Below are positions 9,217 through 17,683 of a stretch of 64,000 nt of DNA, in pieces; within the stretch, counting starts at the first letter, position 1; each line of letters opens with the position of its first letter. The stretch is from Nitrospirota bacterium. Lineage in GTDB: Bacteria > Nitrospirota > UBA9217. Both the position numbers and the translations under genes were made by a program. Location: NCBI GenBank assembly GCA_963751455.1, contig CAVVUN010000015.1, positions 576,001-640,000 on the forward strand, written 5' to 3'. Below the pieces are notes generated by a model that saw only the letters and a list, made by a program, of their open reading frames with translations, did no database searches and was not told the origin of the DNA.

Positions 9217-10632
9217 ATGGCTGAAGAGAAGAAAACACCGAAAAAAATTATACCGAAAAAAACACCGATTCCCGAGCAGCCGCCCCAGGAGAGGCGCTCC
9301 AATTTTAAAGAAGTGTCCCTCGGCTATACACGGGACATGGCAATGCAGGAAGCAGCACGCTGCCTGAATTGCAAGAAGCCGGGGTGTGTAGACGGCTGTC
9401 CGGTCAATGTTCCTATTCCCCGGTTCATCAAGGCAATCAGTGAAGGGGATTTTAAGAAAGCTATTGCTATTATCAAAGAGGCGAATCTCCTGCCTGCGGT
9501 GTGCGGCAGGGTTTGTCCCCAGGAGAGCCAGTGCGAGAAGAACTGCGTGGTCGGGAAGAAATTCGAGCCGGTAGGCATCGGCCGACTCGAACGATTTGCC
9601 GCTGATCAATCCTTCAATAACGGCGGGTCCGAGACGCCCCAGGTCGGCCAGAAGACCGGGCGGAAGGTTGCCGTCATCGGCAGCGGCCCCTCGGGCCTGA
9701 CATGCGCCTACGAACTGGCGAGGCAAGGGCACAGTGTAATCATCTATGAGGCGCTCCACGAGCCGGGAGGCGTTCTTGTGTATGGCATTCCGGAATTCCG
9801 GTTGCCGAAAAAAATTGTCTACAGTGAAATCGAAGTGCTCAAAAAAATGGGCGTCGAGATCATGACGAACGCGGTAGTGGGCAAGCTGTTTACTGTGGAT
9901 GAAATCATGCAGGAGAATGATGCCTGCTTTATCGGCAGCGGAGCAGGCCTGCCGAAGTTCATGAACATTGACGGCGAGAACCTGAACGGAGTATATTCCG
10001 CGAACGAGTTTTTGACCAGAATCAATCTTATGCGGGCCTACCAGTTTCCGGAGTTCGATACCCCGATTAAGCGTGGGGACCGGGTGGCGGTCTTCGGGGG
10101 TGGAAATGTTGCCATGGATGCGGCCAGGACCGCTCTCCGCATCGGCGCGTCCGAGGTCGTTCTGGTTTACCGCAGGTCTCTCACGGAACTGCCGGCTCGC
10201 AAGGAAGAGGTTCATCATGCCCAGGAGGAAGGGATCCGGTTCGAGCTCTGCACGAACCCGGTTCGGATCCTTGGAGATGATCAGGGGCAGGTTCGGGCAG
10301 TAGAGTGCGTGAGGATGGACCTGTGCGAGCTGGATGAGTCGGGCAGGCGTTCGCCGAAGCCGATCAAGGGATCGGAATTCGAGATCCCGGTGAACGTCGC
10401 TATTGTCGCCCTCGGTACGGGCGCGAATCCCATCATTCCCCAGAGCGCCAAAAATCTTCAGGTCAACAAGAGGCTCTATATCATTGCAGACGAACAAACA
10501 GGCCGTACGAGCATGGAGGGCGTATACGCCGGCGGCGATATTGTCACCGGTTCGGCCACCGTCATCTCGGCAATGGGCGCCGGGAGGAAAGCCGCTAAGG
10601 CCATGCACGAGTATCTGATGCAGAAAAAATGA
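9217..10632 (+). CDS. nfnB: NADH-dependent reduced ferredoxin:NADP+ oxidoreductase large (bifurcating) subunit, GltD-like
   Basis: RCLNC..GCVDGCP, VCGRVCPQESQC, GSGPSG, YGIPEFRL, GGGNVAMD, YRRS; 3 bp after nfnA, no gltB nearby. Confidence 0.9.
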   Translation: MAEEKKTPKKIIPKKTPIPEQPPQERRSNFKEVSLGYTRDMAMQEAARCLNCKKPGCVDGCPVNVPIPRFIKAISEGDFKKAIAIIKEANLLPAVCGRVCPQESQCEKNCVVGKKFEPVGIGRLERFAADQSFNNGGSETPQVGQKTGRKVAVIGSGPSGLTCAYELARQGHSVIIYEALHEPGGVLVYGIPEFRLPKKIVYSEIEVLKKMGVEIMTNAVVGKLFTVDEIMQENDACFIGSGAGLPKFMNIDGENLNGVYSANEFLTRINLMRAYQFPEFDTPIKRGDRVAVFGGGNVAMDAARTALRIGASEVVLVYRRSLTELPARKEEVHHAQEEGIRFELCTNPVRILGDDQGQVRAVECVRMDLCELDESGRRSPKPIKGSEFEIPVNVAIVALGTGANPIIPQSAKNLQVNKRLYIIADEQTGRTSMEGVYAGGDIVTGSATVISAMGAGRKAAKAMHEYLMQKK

Positions 10633-10697
10633 CCGGCGCGCGCGTTGTTCCGCCCGTCGATAATTTAGGAGCACGTTGTGACCTTTTTGTGGCATGC

Positions 10698-10735
10698 CGG
10701 GGTCTCTTCATCCCCCTTGGAGACCCCGCTTTTTT
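10698..10735 (+). terminator. Probable intrinsic terminator of nfnAB
   Basis: CGGGGTCTC...GAGACCCCG stem followed by T run. Confidence 0.6.
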
Positions 10736-10780
10736 CGGACATGCTCATGAGCTCCTTAATTTAGACGAGGATTAACCGGG

Positions 10781-11448
10781 TTGAAACGGCACAATACTGA
10801 ATATTCGTCAATAAAACAGGAAAGCCGAATCGAACTTGTCCCTTTGAAAACCGTTTGGGGAGAAGCGAAAGCATGGGAAACGCTCTCGGGGCTCAGTACT
10901 AAAGATGTCTGTGCCGGAGCAAAAGCAACGCATGACCCCTCAACCGGAACCTATGCAATAAAATGCTTTGGTATAGATTTCATTGTGTCGACCGGAGAGA
11001 GAACGATTTCCAGCGAAAATCCTCATGCCGGACTGTTTCTCGGAAGGTACAAAGATTTTTTCCGGCTTTCATTACTCTGGTATATGACGAGTGCGAAGGA
11101 TATTCCCTCCACGAAACGGCTGATAAGGCCGATTGATGTTAAAGGCGGTCAGCGTTTTTTTACAGGCACCCATGTTCTCCCGCTCGACCGCATTCAGGAA
11201 AAGTACCGCAAAGATAAATTGAGCTGCGCGGCATCAAATTTGGCGCGGAGATCGCCACGTACGGAGATGCGGCAGTCCGGCTTTATCCACTGCCCCGGGT
11301 TCCGGTTACGATGATCCTGTGGCTCGAGGATGAGGAATTCCCTGCGAGAGCATCGCTCTTTTTCGATTCAACTGTTGATTACCAGATCTCCTTGTCCGAC
11401 ATTGTCTGGTCCGTTGCCATGATTTCGACACTCGTTATGCTGGAGTAA
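10781..11448 (+). pseudogene. DUF3786-family protein, frameshifted at about 11220
   Basis: N-part to ...GGQRFFTGTHVLPL; another frame continues ELRGIKFG...YGDAAVRLYPLPRVPVTMILWLEDEEFPARASLFFD...* (stop 11448). Confidence 0.8.
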
Positions 11449-11898
11449 GCCCTTAAACCACCGTTAACTCGGCAGAATCACTTTTATATCGACTTTGATG
11501 TTCCCCACACTTTAACCCCTTCCCTTCGAACAGGCTGCGAAACGAAGAGAACGCTATTTCTCTCTGTAGCACGTTATTAGCCTGGTCAGTTTAGCAGAAG
11601 TTTTTCCAAAGCTATCGCAAAGCCGGACTAAAAAACAGAACCTCCGTAGTTGCTCTTATACAGAAAATCGCTTTCTGCCCTCGCGAAATGAAACAAATAG
11701 CCTATCCGGATCGTCAATTCAGCACAATATAACTTACTGATATTATTAAATAAAAATTGTTACAATAAAACATGATATACTCTTTTTAACGTGAATAAAA
11801 GTTACTCTCAGTAAAAATAATCTAAATATAAAAATTATTAATGCAAATTTGTATTGATTTTTATGTGTCATATTGATAGTATCGATCACTTTCTTTAT

Positions 11899-11914
11899 TG
11901 TGATTCAAGTCACA
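11899..11914. promoter_or_regulatory. TGTGA-N6-TCACA palindrome (Crp/Fnr-family or Rex-like operator)
   Basis: TGTGATTCAAGTCACA in an AT-rich region about 200 bp upstream of the HydC-like gene. Confidence 0.55.
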
Positions 11915-12111
11915 GAAAAATGTGTAGTTTGGTAACATTTCGTTCTTTTTAAAAGTTGCATGGCTGTTTGGCTGCTTTACCCCTGATAAGGGGCTTCTTT
12001 GCTAATCTGCAGTTGGATTTTTCCCGTGGTCAGTACAACTCCATACAGCTCATGTGTTTCAATCTCCCGGTCTGTAAAATACGACGGGGAGAAGGGGAGG
12101 TATAACAAAAA

Positions 12112-12600
12112 GTGCTTCATCAAGAAGACCTGAAAAACATAGATTCTGTTCTGAACAATGCCCAGGGCCAGCGCGGAATGCTGATTGCCGTACTTCAACG
12201 GATTCAGGAAAAGATCGGCTACCTCCCGGAAGACGCCATGGGCATGATTGCGGACCGGATGTCTTTATCTCTATCCCAGGTGTACGGTGTGGCCTCGTTT
12301 TACAAACATTTTCATTTTAAACCCCGGGGAAAAAAAATCGTCAAGGTATGCATGGGCACTGCCTGCCATGTACGGGGCGCCAAAGCCGTGCTTACCGAGA
12401 TGGAGGAAAAGCTCGGGATTAAAGAGGGAGAAACAGCACCGGACCTTTCGGTAACTCTCGAAACAGTCGGATGCGTCGGCTGCTGCGCTCTGGCTCCTGT
12501 TGCAACGATAAATGATCAGGAACTCTTCGGCGAGCTGACGCCGAAGATGGTGGACGGCATCATCCATGCGGTGAGGAGCGAACATGGAACTCACGTTTAA
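12112..12600 (+). CDS. HydC/NuoE-like [2Fe-2S] subunit
   Basis: GVASFY, VCMGTACHVRG, VGCVGCCALAP; GTG start with GGAGG RBS. Confidence 0.92.
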   Translation: MLHQEDLKNIDSVLNNAQGQRGMLIAVLQRIQEKIGYLPEDAMGMIADRMSLSLSQVYGVASFYKHFHFKPRGKKIVKVCMGTACHVRGAKAVLTEMEEKLGIKEGETAPDLSVTLETVGCVGCCALAPVATINDQELFGELTPKMVDGIIHAVRSEHGTHV

Positions 12601-14473
12601 ACGTCTGGAAAGCATACAAGACCTGGATGTCCTGAGGCAAAAGCTCCGCAAGGAACGCCAAGAGAGCGAGGCGCTGCGCGTCCGTATCTGTTGCGGTACG
12701 GCCTGTCAGGCTACAGGTTCGAACAAACTGGTCAAGAAATTCGAGGAAGAGGCGGAGAAAAAGCAGGTTAACCTCGAGATTGTCAAAACGGGGTGCCAGG
12801 GCTTCTGTCAGCGCGGGCCTGTCGTAATCCAGCAGCCGCAGGAAATGTTCTATCAGAAAGTGAACGTAAATGATGTTCCTGCTCTGTTCTCGGATTCCGT
12901 GATGCGCGGTATCCCGTACCGCAAACAGCTCTATCGGGAGAGTGCCCTTTCAGAACCGAATACAACCATGAAGGACATCCCCTTTTACAAAAAACAGAAA
13001 CGCCTTGCCCTTCAGCGCAACGGTTTTGTCGATCCGTGCAATATTTATGATGCTATTCGCGAGGACGGCTATGCAGGCCTGGCGAAGGTGCTGACCGAAA
13101 TGAAACCGGACGATGTGATCGATCTCGTTAAAAAATCCGGGCTCAGGGGTCGGGGGGGCGCGGGCTTTCCGGCGGGCCTCAAATGGGAACATACTAAAAA
13201 ATCAGGCGCCAAAATCAAGGCCGTTATATGCAACGGGGACGAAGGCGACCCTGGAGCGTTCATGGACCGGGCGGTTATGGAAGGCGATCCCCACTCCGTC
13301 ATCGAAGGAATGATTGTCAATGCCTATGCAATAGGCGCACGGTATGGATTCATCTACGTCCGGCACGAATATCCGCTTGCCGTAAAAAATCTGGGTGTAG
13401 CTATAAGCCAGGCCGAGGCACTCGGCCTCCTGGGAAAGAAAATTCTCGGTTCAGATCTTGATTTCACGATAGAAATCAAGGAGGGTGCCGGAGCTTTCGT
13501 TTGTGGTGAATCGACATCGCTCGTGGCCTCCATTGAGGGAGAGCGAGGCATGCCCCGCCCCCGCCCGCCGCGGCTATCCGAGGCTGCCGGCGGTCTGTGG
13601 GGTATGCCCACAAACCTCAATAACGTCGAGACCTTTGCGAACGTGCCGGTCATCCTTACCAAGGGGCTGGATTTTTATACGAAGATCGGGACGCCCAAAT
13701 CGCCGGGCACAAAGGTGTTCGCCCTCACAGGAAAGATCAAGAATACGGGCCTGATCGAAGTCCCGATGGGCATCACACTCCGGGAGATCATCTTTGATAT
13801 CGGCGGCGGCATGCTGAACCCGAACAAGAAGCTGAAGGCGGTCCAGACCGGCGGACCTTCCGGCGGATGCATTCCCGCACAGTTTCTCGATATGCCTGTT
13901 GATTTCGATTCCCTTTCCAACGTCGGTTCCATGATGGGATCAGGCGGAATGGTCGTTATGGACGAAGACGACTGCATGGTCGACGTGGCCAAGTTCTTTC
14001 TATCGTTTACGAAGAACGAGTCCTGCGGCAAGTGCGCGCCATGCAGGATCGGCACCTATCAAATGTACGAGCTGCTTGAAAAGATAACTTCCGGCCGGGG
14101 CAAGGAGGATGACATTGCACGGCTTGAAGAGATCGGGAAGATGGTGGCCGAAGGTTCTCTGTGCGGTCTCGGCAGCAGCGCGCCGAACCCGGTGCTTTCC
14201 ACAATCAAATACTTCCGGGAAGAGTACGAAGAGCACGTACGCGAGTACTGCAGGGCAAAACGCTGCCAAGGCATGGGGGTGTTCCGCATCCTTCCGGAGG
14301 AATGCATTCTCTGCGGCATGTGCAAGACCGCCTGCGCGTTCGATGCCGTGGTGGAGCTTCGAGACAAATTTTTCATTGACCAGGACTATTGTACAAAATG
14401 CAAAGCCTGCTATTCAGTCTGTCCCACAAATGCAATCGTGATAGAGAGGAGGAAAAGCTATGCATCAGCCTGA
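12584..14473 (+). CDS. HydB/NuoF-like FMN/NAD(P)H-binding subunit, long (bifurcating-type) architecture
   Basis: N-terminal [2Fe-2S] (CCGTAC, GCQGFC), SGLRGRGGAGFP, NGDEGDPGAFMDR, GGPSGG, ESCGKCAPCR..LCGLG, two C-terminal [4Fe-4S] motifs. Confidence 0.93.
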   Translation: MELTFKRLESIQDLDVLRQKLRKERQESEALRVRICCGTACQATGSNKLVKKFEEEAEKKQVNLEIVKTGCQGFCQRGPVVIQQPQEMFYQKVNVNDVPALFSDSVMRGIPYRKQLYRESALSEPNTTMKDIPFYKKQKRLALQRNGFVDPCNIYDAIREDGYAGLAKVLTEMKPDDVIDLVKKSGLRGRGGAGFPAGLKWEHTKKSGAKIKAVICNGDEGDPGAFMDRAVMEGDPHSVIEGMIVNAYAIGARYGFIYVRHEYPLAVKNLGVAISQAEALGLLGKKILGSDLDFTIEIKEGAGAFVCGESTSLVASIEGERGMPRPRPPRLSEAAGGLWGMPTNLNNVETFANVPVILTKGLDFYTKIGTPKSPGTKVFALTGKIKNTGLIEVPMGITLREIIFDIGGGMLNPNKKLKAVQTGGPSGGCIPAQFLDMPVDFDSLSNVGSMMGSGGMVVMDEDDCMVDVAKFFLSFTKNESCGKCAPCRIGTYQMYELLEKITSGRGKEDDIARLEEIGKMVAEGSLCGLGSSAPNPVLSTIKYFREEYEEHVREYCRAKRCQGMGVFRILPEECILCGMCKTACAFDAVVELRDKFFIDQDYCTKCKACYSVCPTNAIVIERRKSYASA

Positions 14474-15083
14474 GAATAAATGCCCGGTAAACGAGGCCCG
14501 GACCCGTCTCCAGAATTTTTATGATGATGATTCAAAAAACGGTATGTGTTCCAAGTGCCACCCGTGCAAGCTCGGCGTCTCTAATGCGATACGGATCATC
14601 GAGATGATCCAGGAGGGCAGGGGAGAGAAGCGGCATATCGCGCTCCTCAGAAACATTGCCCGGAACATGAAGGATGGAAGCATGTGCAAGAAGGGCAAGG
14701 ACCATGCGGACATTCTTTCCGAGTTTCTCACTTCTTCCAGTGAAGATTTTTGCCGGCATGTGCGCGGCATTTGCGACGACCAGGAGTGCCCCTCCCTTGT
14801 TCAGTATATGATCAGTGCCGACCGTTGCACGATGTGCGACGTCTGCCGCGTCGCTTGCCCCTCGACTGCCATCGAGGGACAGAAGAGAGAGCCGTACAAG
14901 ACCGGATTCATGCCGTATCGCGTCAGGCAGAAGCGGTGCACGCATTGCGGTCTGTGCCTGGCGGTCTGTCCTGAAGGCGCGGTGTACGTGCCGGCTGATG
15001 TAACCGCACCAGACAAGGTGAGGACAGCGGCGGTAGAAAAATCGAAACACGAAGATAAGGAATGCGTTGAAGTAGGAACATAA
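14460..15083 (+). CDS. Fe-S protein resembling the C-terminal part of HydB/NuoF plus 2x[4Fe-4S]
   Basis: CSKCHPCKLG...SMCKKG, HVRGIC..EC, CTMCDVCRVACP, CTHCGLCLAVCP. Confidence 0.88.
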   Translation: MHQPENKCPVNEARTRLQNFYDDDSKNGMCSKCHPCKLGVSNAIRIIEMIQEGRGEKRHIALLRNIARNMKDGSMCKKGKDHADILSEFLTSSSEDFCRHVRGICDDQECPSLVQYMISADRCTMCDVCRVACPSTAIEGQKREPYKTGFMPYRVRQKRCTHCGLCLAVCPEGAVYVPADVTAPDKVRTAAVEKSKHEDKECVEVGT

Positions 15084-15100
15084 GAGGATCCGGAGGAACT

Positions 15101-17263
15101 ATGAGCAAGATGGTCAATATCGAACTGGACGGAAAAGCAGTGTCCGTGCCGGATGGCGCAACACTCGTGGATGCCGCCGCCACAGTCGGCGTGCACATTC
15201 CCAACCTGTGTCATATCAAGGAACTGCGCGGTGTGGGCGCATGCCGCATGTGCATGGTGGAGATCGAGGGCATGAAGACGCCGGTCACCGGATGCACAAC
15301 CAGGGTGAAGGAAGGCATGAAGGTCGCAACGAAGACCCCGAAGGTGGAGGAAATCAGAAAGTTTGTGACGGACCTTGTTCTTTCCTTTCATCCGCTCGAC
15401 TGCATGACCTGCCCCAAGGCAGGCGCCTGCGACCTGCAGCGCTATGCCGCGGATCTTGGTATCCGGGAATCGTCCTTCGGACGCAAGACCTTTAATTACG
15501 AATTAAACGATAAGAGTCCCTTCATCACCATCGACAATAATTTTTGCGTTCTGTGCGGCAGGTGCGTCAGGGTATGCAAAGAACAGGGGACGAATGTTCT
15601 TGACTTTATGGGGCGCGGCATCAGCACTAAGGTCTCGACCGCTTTGGATAAGCCCTTGCATGAGTCGGGGTGCTCGTTTTGCGGCAGTTGCGTCGATGCT
15701 TGCCCGGTAAACAGCATCATGGAACACGACCGGTGGCAGCACGGCAGGGAATGGGACCTCCAGAAAAAAAATACGGTATGCACGGCCTGCGGCTCGGGCT
15801 GCAGCGTAACGACAAGCAGCAAGGACGGAAGAATCGTAAAAGTGAACGCACAAGACGACAATGGGTACATATGCGGCATCGGCCGTTTTGGTTTCGATTC
15901 AATGAATTCAAACAACCGCATTGCCTCTCCAATGAAAAAGCAGGGAGGCAAACTGGTGCCTACGACCTGGGACGACGCAGCCGCAATGGCAGCGGATGCC
16001 CTCAAGAAGGCCGGATCCGGTGCAGGTTTCATCGCAGCAGGTTCTCTCCTGAACGAAGAGGCTTATGCAGTTCAATTACTGGCCAGGGGTGTGGTCGGCA
16101 GTGCTCATATTGATACGCCTTCGTCATCATATGCATCAGGAATGATCTCCGCCTTGTGCTCGGTCTACGGCGGTAAAGGGCTGGGCATCGGGTCACAAGC
16201 GGACGTCTCAACCGCTGACTGCGTGGTTATCATCGGTGCGGACCCTTCACAGAAGAAGCAGTCCCTTCAGGAAGTAGACGTGGCGATCCGGAGGAGGGCG
16301 CAAGCGGGTGCCAAGATCATCGTGGTAAGCACCGTGAAGACAGATCTGGCGGGTCATCAGAACGCAATCCACCTCCAGCTTAAAGCGGGATCCGATCCGG
16401 TGCTGCTCGCAGGATTCATGTCTGCGGTTCTGGCGGAAGGTGTGACAGCGACAGCAAAGGGCGGTGACGCTCTTAAAAAGTCTTTGGTAAGCGTCGATGA
16501 TGCGGCTTCGGCTTCAGGGGTTTCTTCTGAACTGATCAACGCAGCTGCAAAGACGTACGCCGCCGCAAAGCACCCGGTTGTCGTTATCGGCGCGGGGATA
16601 TCCGGAAGCGAAGAATCTTCGACGCAGGCATTAAATCTGGCGCTTCTCAAAAATGCCGGTGTTCTGCCGCTTATGCTTGAGGCAAATTCCCTCGGCGTTC
16701 TGCAGATGGGATGCCGGTTCGACAAAGAACCCGGTTTTATAAAAGCCAAGAAGGCCGGCAAGAACTATAGCGATATTATGACGTCCGGACTGAAAGCCGT
16801 TTTCATAGCTGGTAATGTACCTGAAGATGCTGTGAAAGCGGATTTTGTTGTTGTGGCAGCAAGTCACATGACTGGGCTGGCGGAAAAGGCTGATGTAGTA
16901 CTTCCCTTGTCCTCCCTGTACGAACGGGACGGCAGCATAGTAAACACCTACGGAAAAACGAAGACGCTTATCGGAGCGCAGGCGGTTCAGGGATCTGCAA
17001 AGAACGGAGCAGAAATTGCGGCGGAACTTTCCGCTCTGATCAGCAAGGCCAAAGGTTTCAAGCTGAAGGAAATTGCATCGGGAGCCAAAAAAGTAAAGGC
17101 GGGAAAAATTGAAGCAGGGTGCTTCAAGCCTGTATACGCAAAGACTGTCAAGAATTCAGCCGTGTCGACCCGTGCTTTTTTATTCGCGATAAACCGCGGA
17201 CTTTTGGCCGGTTCAGCGGTAGGTCGCGTCATAGTCGTAGCAGAGCCAGCGCTTCAGCGCTGA
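15101..17263 (+). CDS. NuoG-like Fe-S protein with molybdopterin-oxidoreductase fold, no evident catalytic site
   Basis: IPNLC..GACRMC..GC, HPLDCMTC..C, CVLCGRCVRVC, CSFCGSCVDACP, CTACGSGC..C; no H-cluster motifs and no FdhA Cys/Sec-His. Confidence 0.88.
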   Translation: MSKMVNIELDGKAVSVPDGATLVDAAATVGVHIPNLCHIKELRGVGACRMCMVEIEGMKTPVTGCTTRVKEGMKVATKTPKVEEIRKFVTDLVLSFHPLDCMTCPKAGACDLQRYAADLGIRESSFGRKTFNYELNDKSPFITIDNNFCVLCGRCVRVCKEQGTNVLDFMGRGISTKVSTALDKPLHESGCSFCGSCVDACPVNSIMEHDRWQHGREWDLQKKNTVCTACGSGCSVTTSSKDGRIVKVNAQDDNGYICGIGRFGFDSMNSNNRIASPMKKQGGKLVPTTWDDAAAMAADALKKAGSGAGFIAAGSLLNEEAYAVQLLARGVVGSAHIDTPSSSYASGMISALCSVYGGKGLGIGSQADVSTADCVVIIGADPSQKKQSLQEVDVAIRRRAQAGAKIIVVSTVKTDLAGHQNAIHLQLKAGSDPVLLAGFMSAVLAEGVTATAKGGDALKKSLVSVDDAASASGVSSELINAAAKTYAAAKHPVVVIGAGISGSEESSTQALNLALLKNAGVLPLMLEANSLGVLQMGCRFDKEPGFIKAKKAGKNYSDIMTSGLKAVFIAGNVPEDAVKADFVVVAASHMTGLAEKADVVLPLSSLYERDGSIVNTYGKTKTLIGAQAVQGSAKNGAEIAAELSALISKAKGFKLKEIASGAKKVKAGKIEAGCFKPVYAKTVKNSAVSTRAFLFAINRGLLAGSAVGRVIVVAEPALQR

Positions 17264-17683
17264 GCTTGTTAGTATATCGAACGATGGCACGCATAGGGGG
17301 GAAAGACAAAGGTATAAAGACATAGCGACAACAGAGAACGATTCGTTATAAAAAAAGTTGTGTGCTTTTCTCGGTAGGAGCGCTAGGTGTACGGTTAAAG
17401 CCCTTGTAAGAGTCGCAGCGATGTCGGTAGGGGATCTATTGAAAGAGTCGCTGCCTCACTTTCCGATCCGAGATGGCGCAATTAGTCCGCGGTTACCCCT
17501 CATAAGCTGCATATCCTCTTGCTGACTTCCCGCTCGAGCTGTTTTCATAAAGTCTACAAGTTTCGAAACTAACGCAAAGTAGCAGAAATTTTCTGTAGTT
17601 TTTTTATTTTGTTTTTTGTATAATGCCCCGGTTCAGAGTCCGACCGCACTTTTGTCTACCTTCCTGAAAGGAGCTTATAAGTT

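Noticed and set aside
9217-10632. Calling this glutamate synthase gltD
   Set aside because: No gltB nearby; it is paired with an NfnA-type small subunit.
9169-10695. 508-aa antisense ORF over nfnB (and similar long antisense ORFs at 56234-57349, 59611-60714, 50589-51431)
   Set aside because: Shadow frames of well-supported genes; no motifs or RBS, expected from GC-rich codon bias.
11961-11976. Possible sigma54 box TGGCTGTTTGGCTGCT
   Set aside because: GG-N10-GC spacing is right, but the other positions match poorly.
12112-17263. Calling this complex I nuoEFG, an [FeFe]-hydrogenase or a formate dehydrogenase
   Set aside because: No other nuo genes, no H-cluster motifs, no Cys/Sec Mo ligand and no in-frame TGA.
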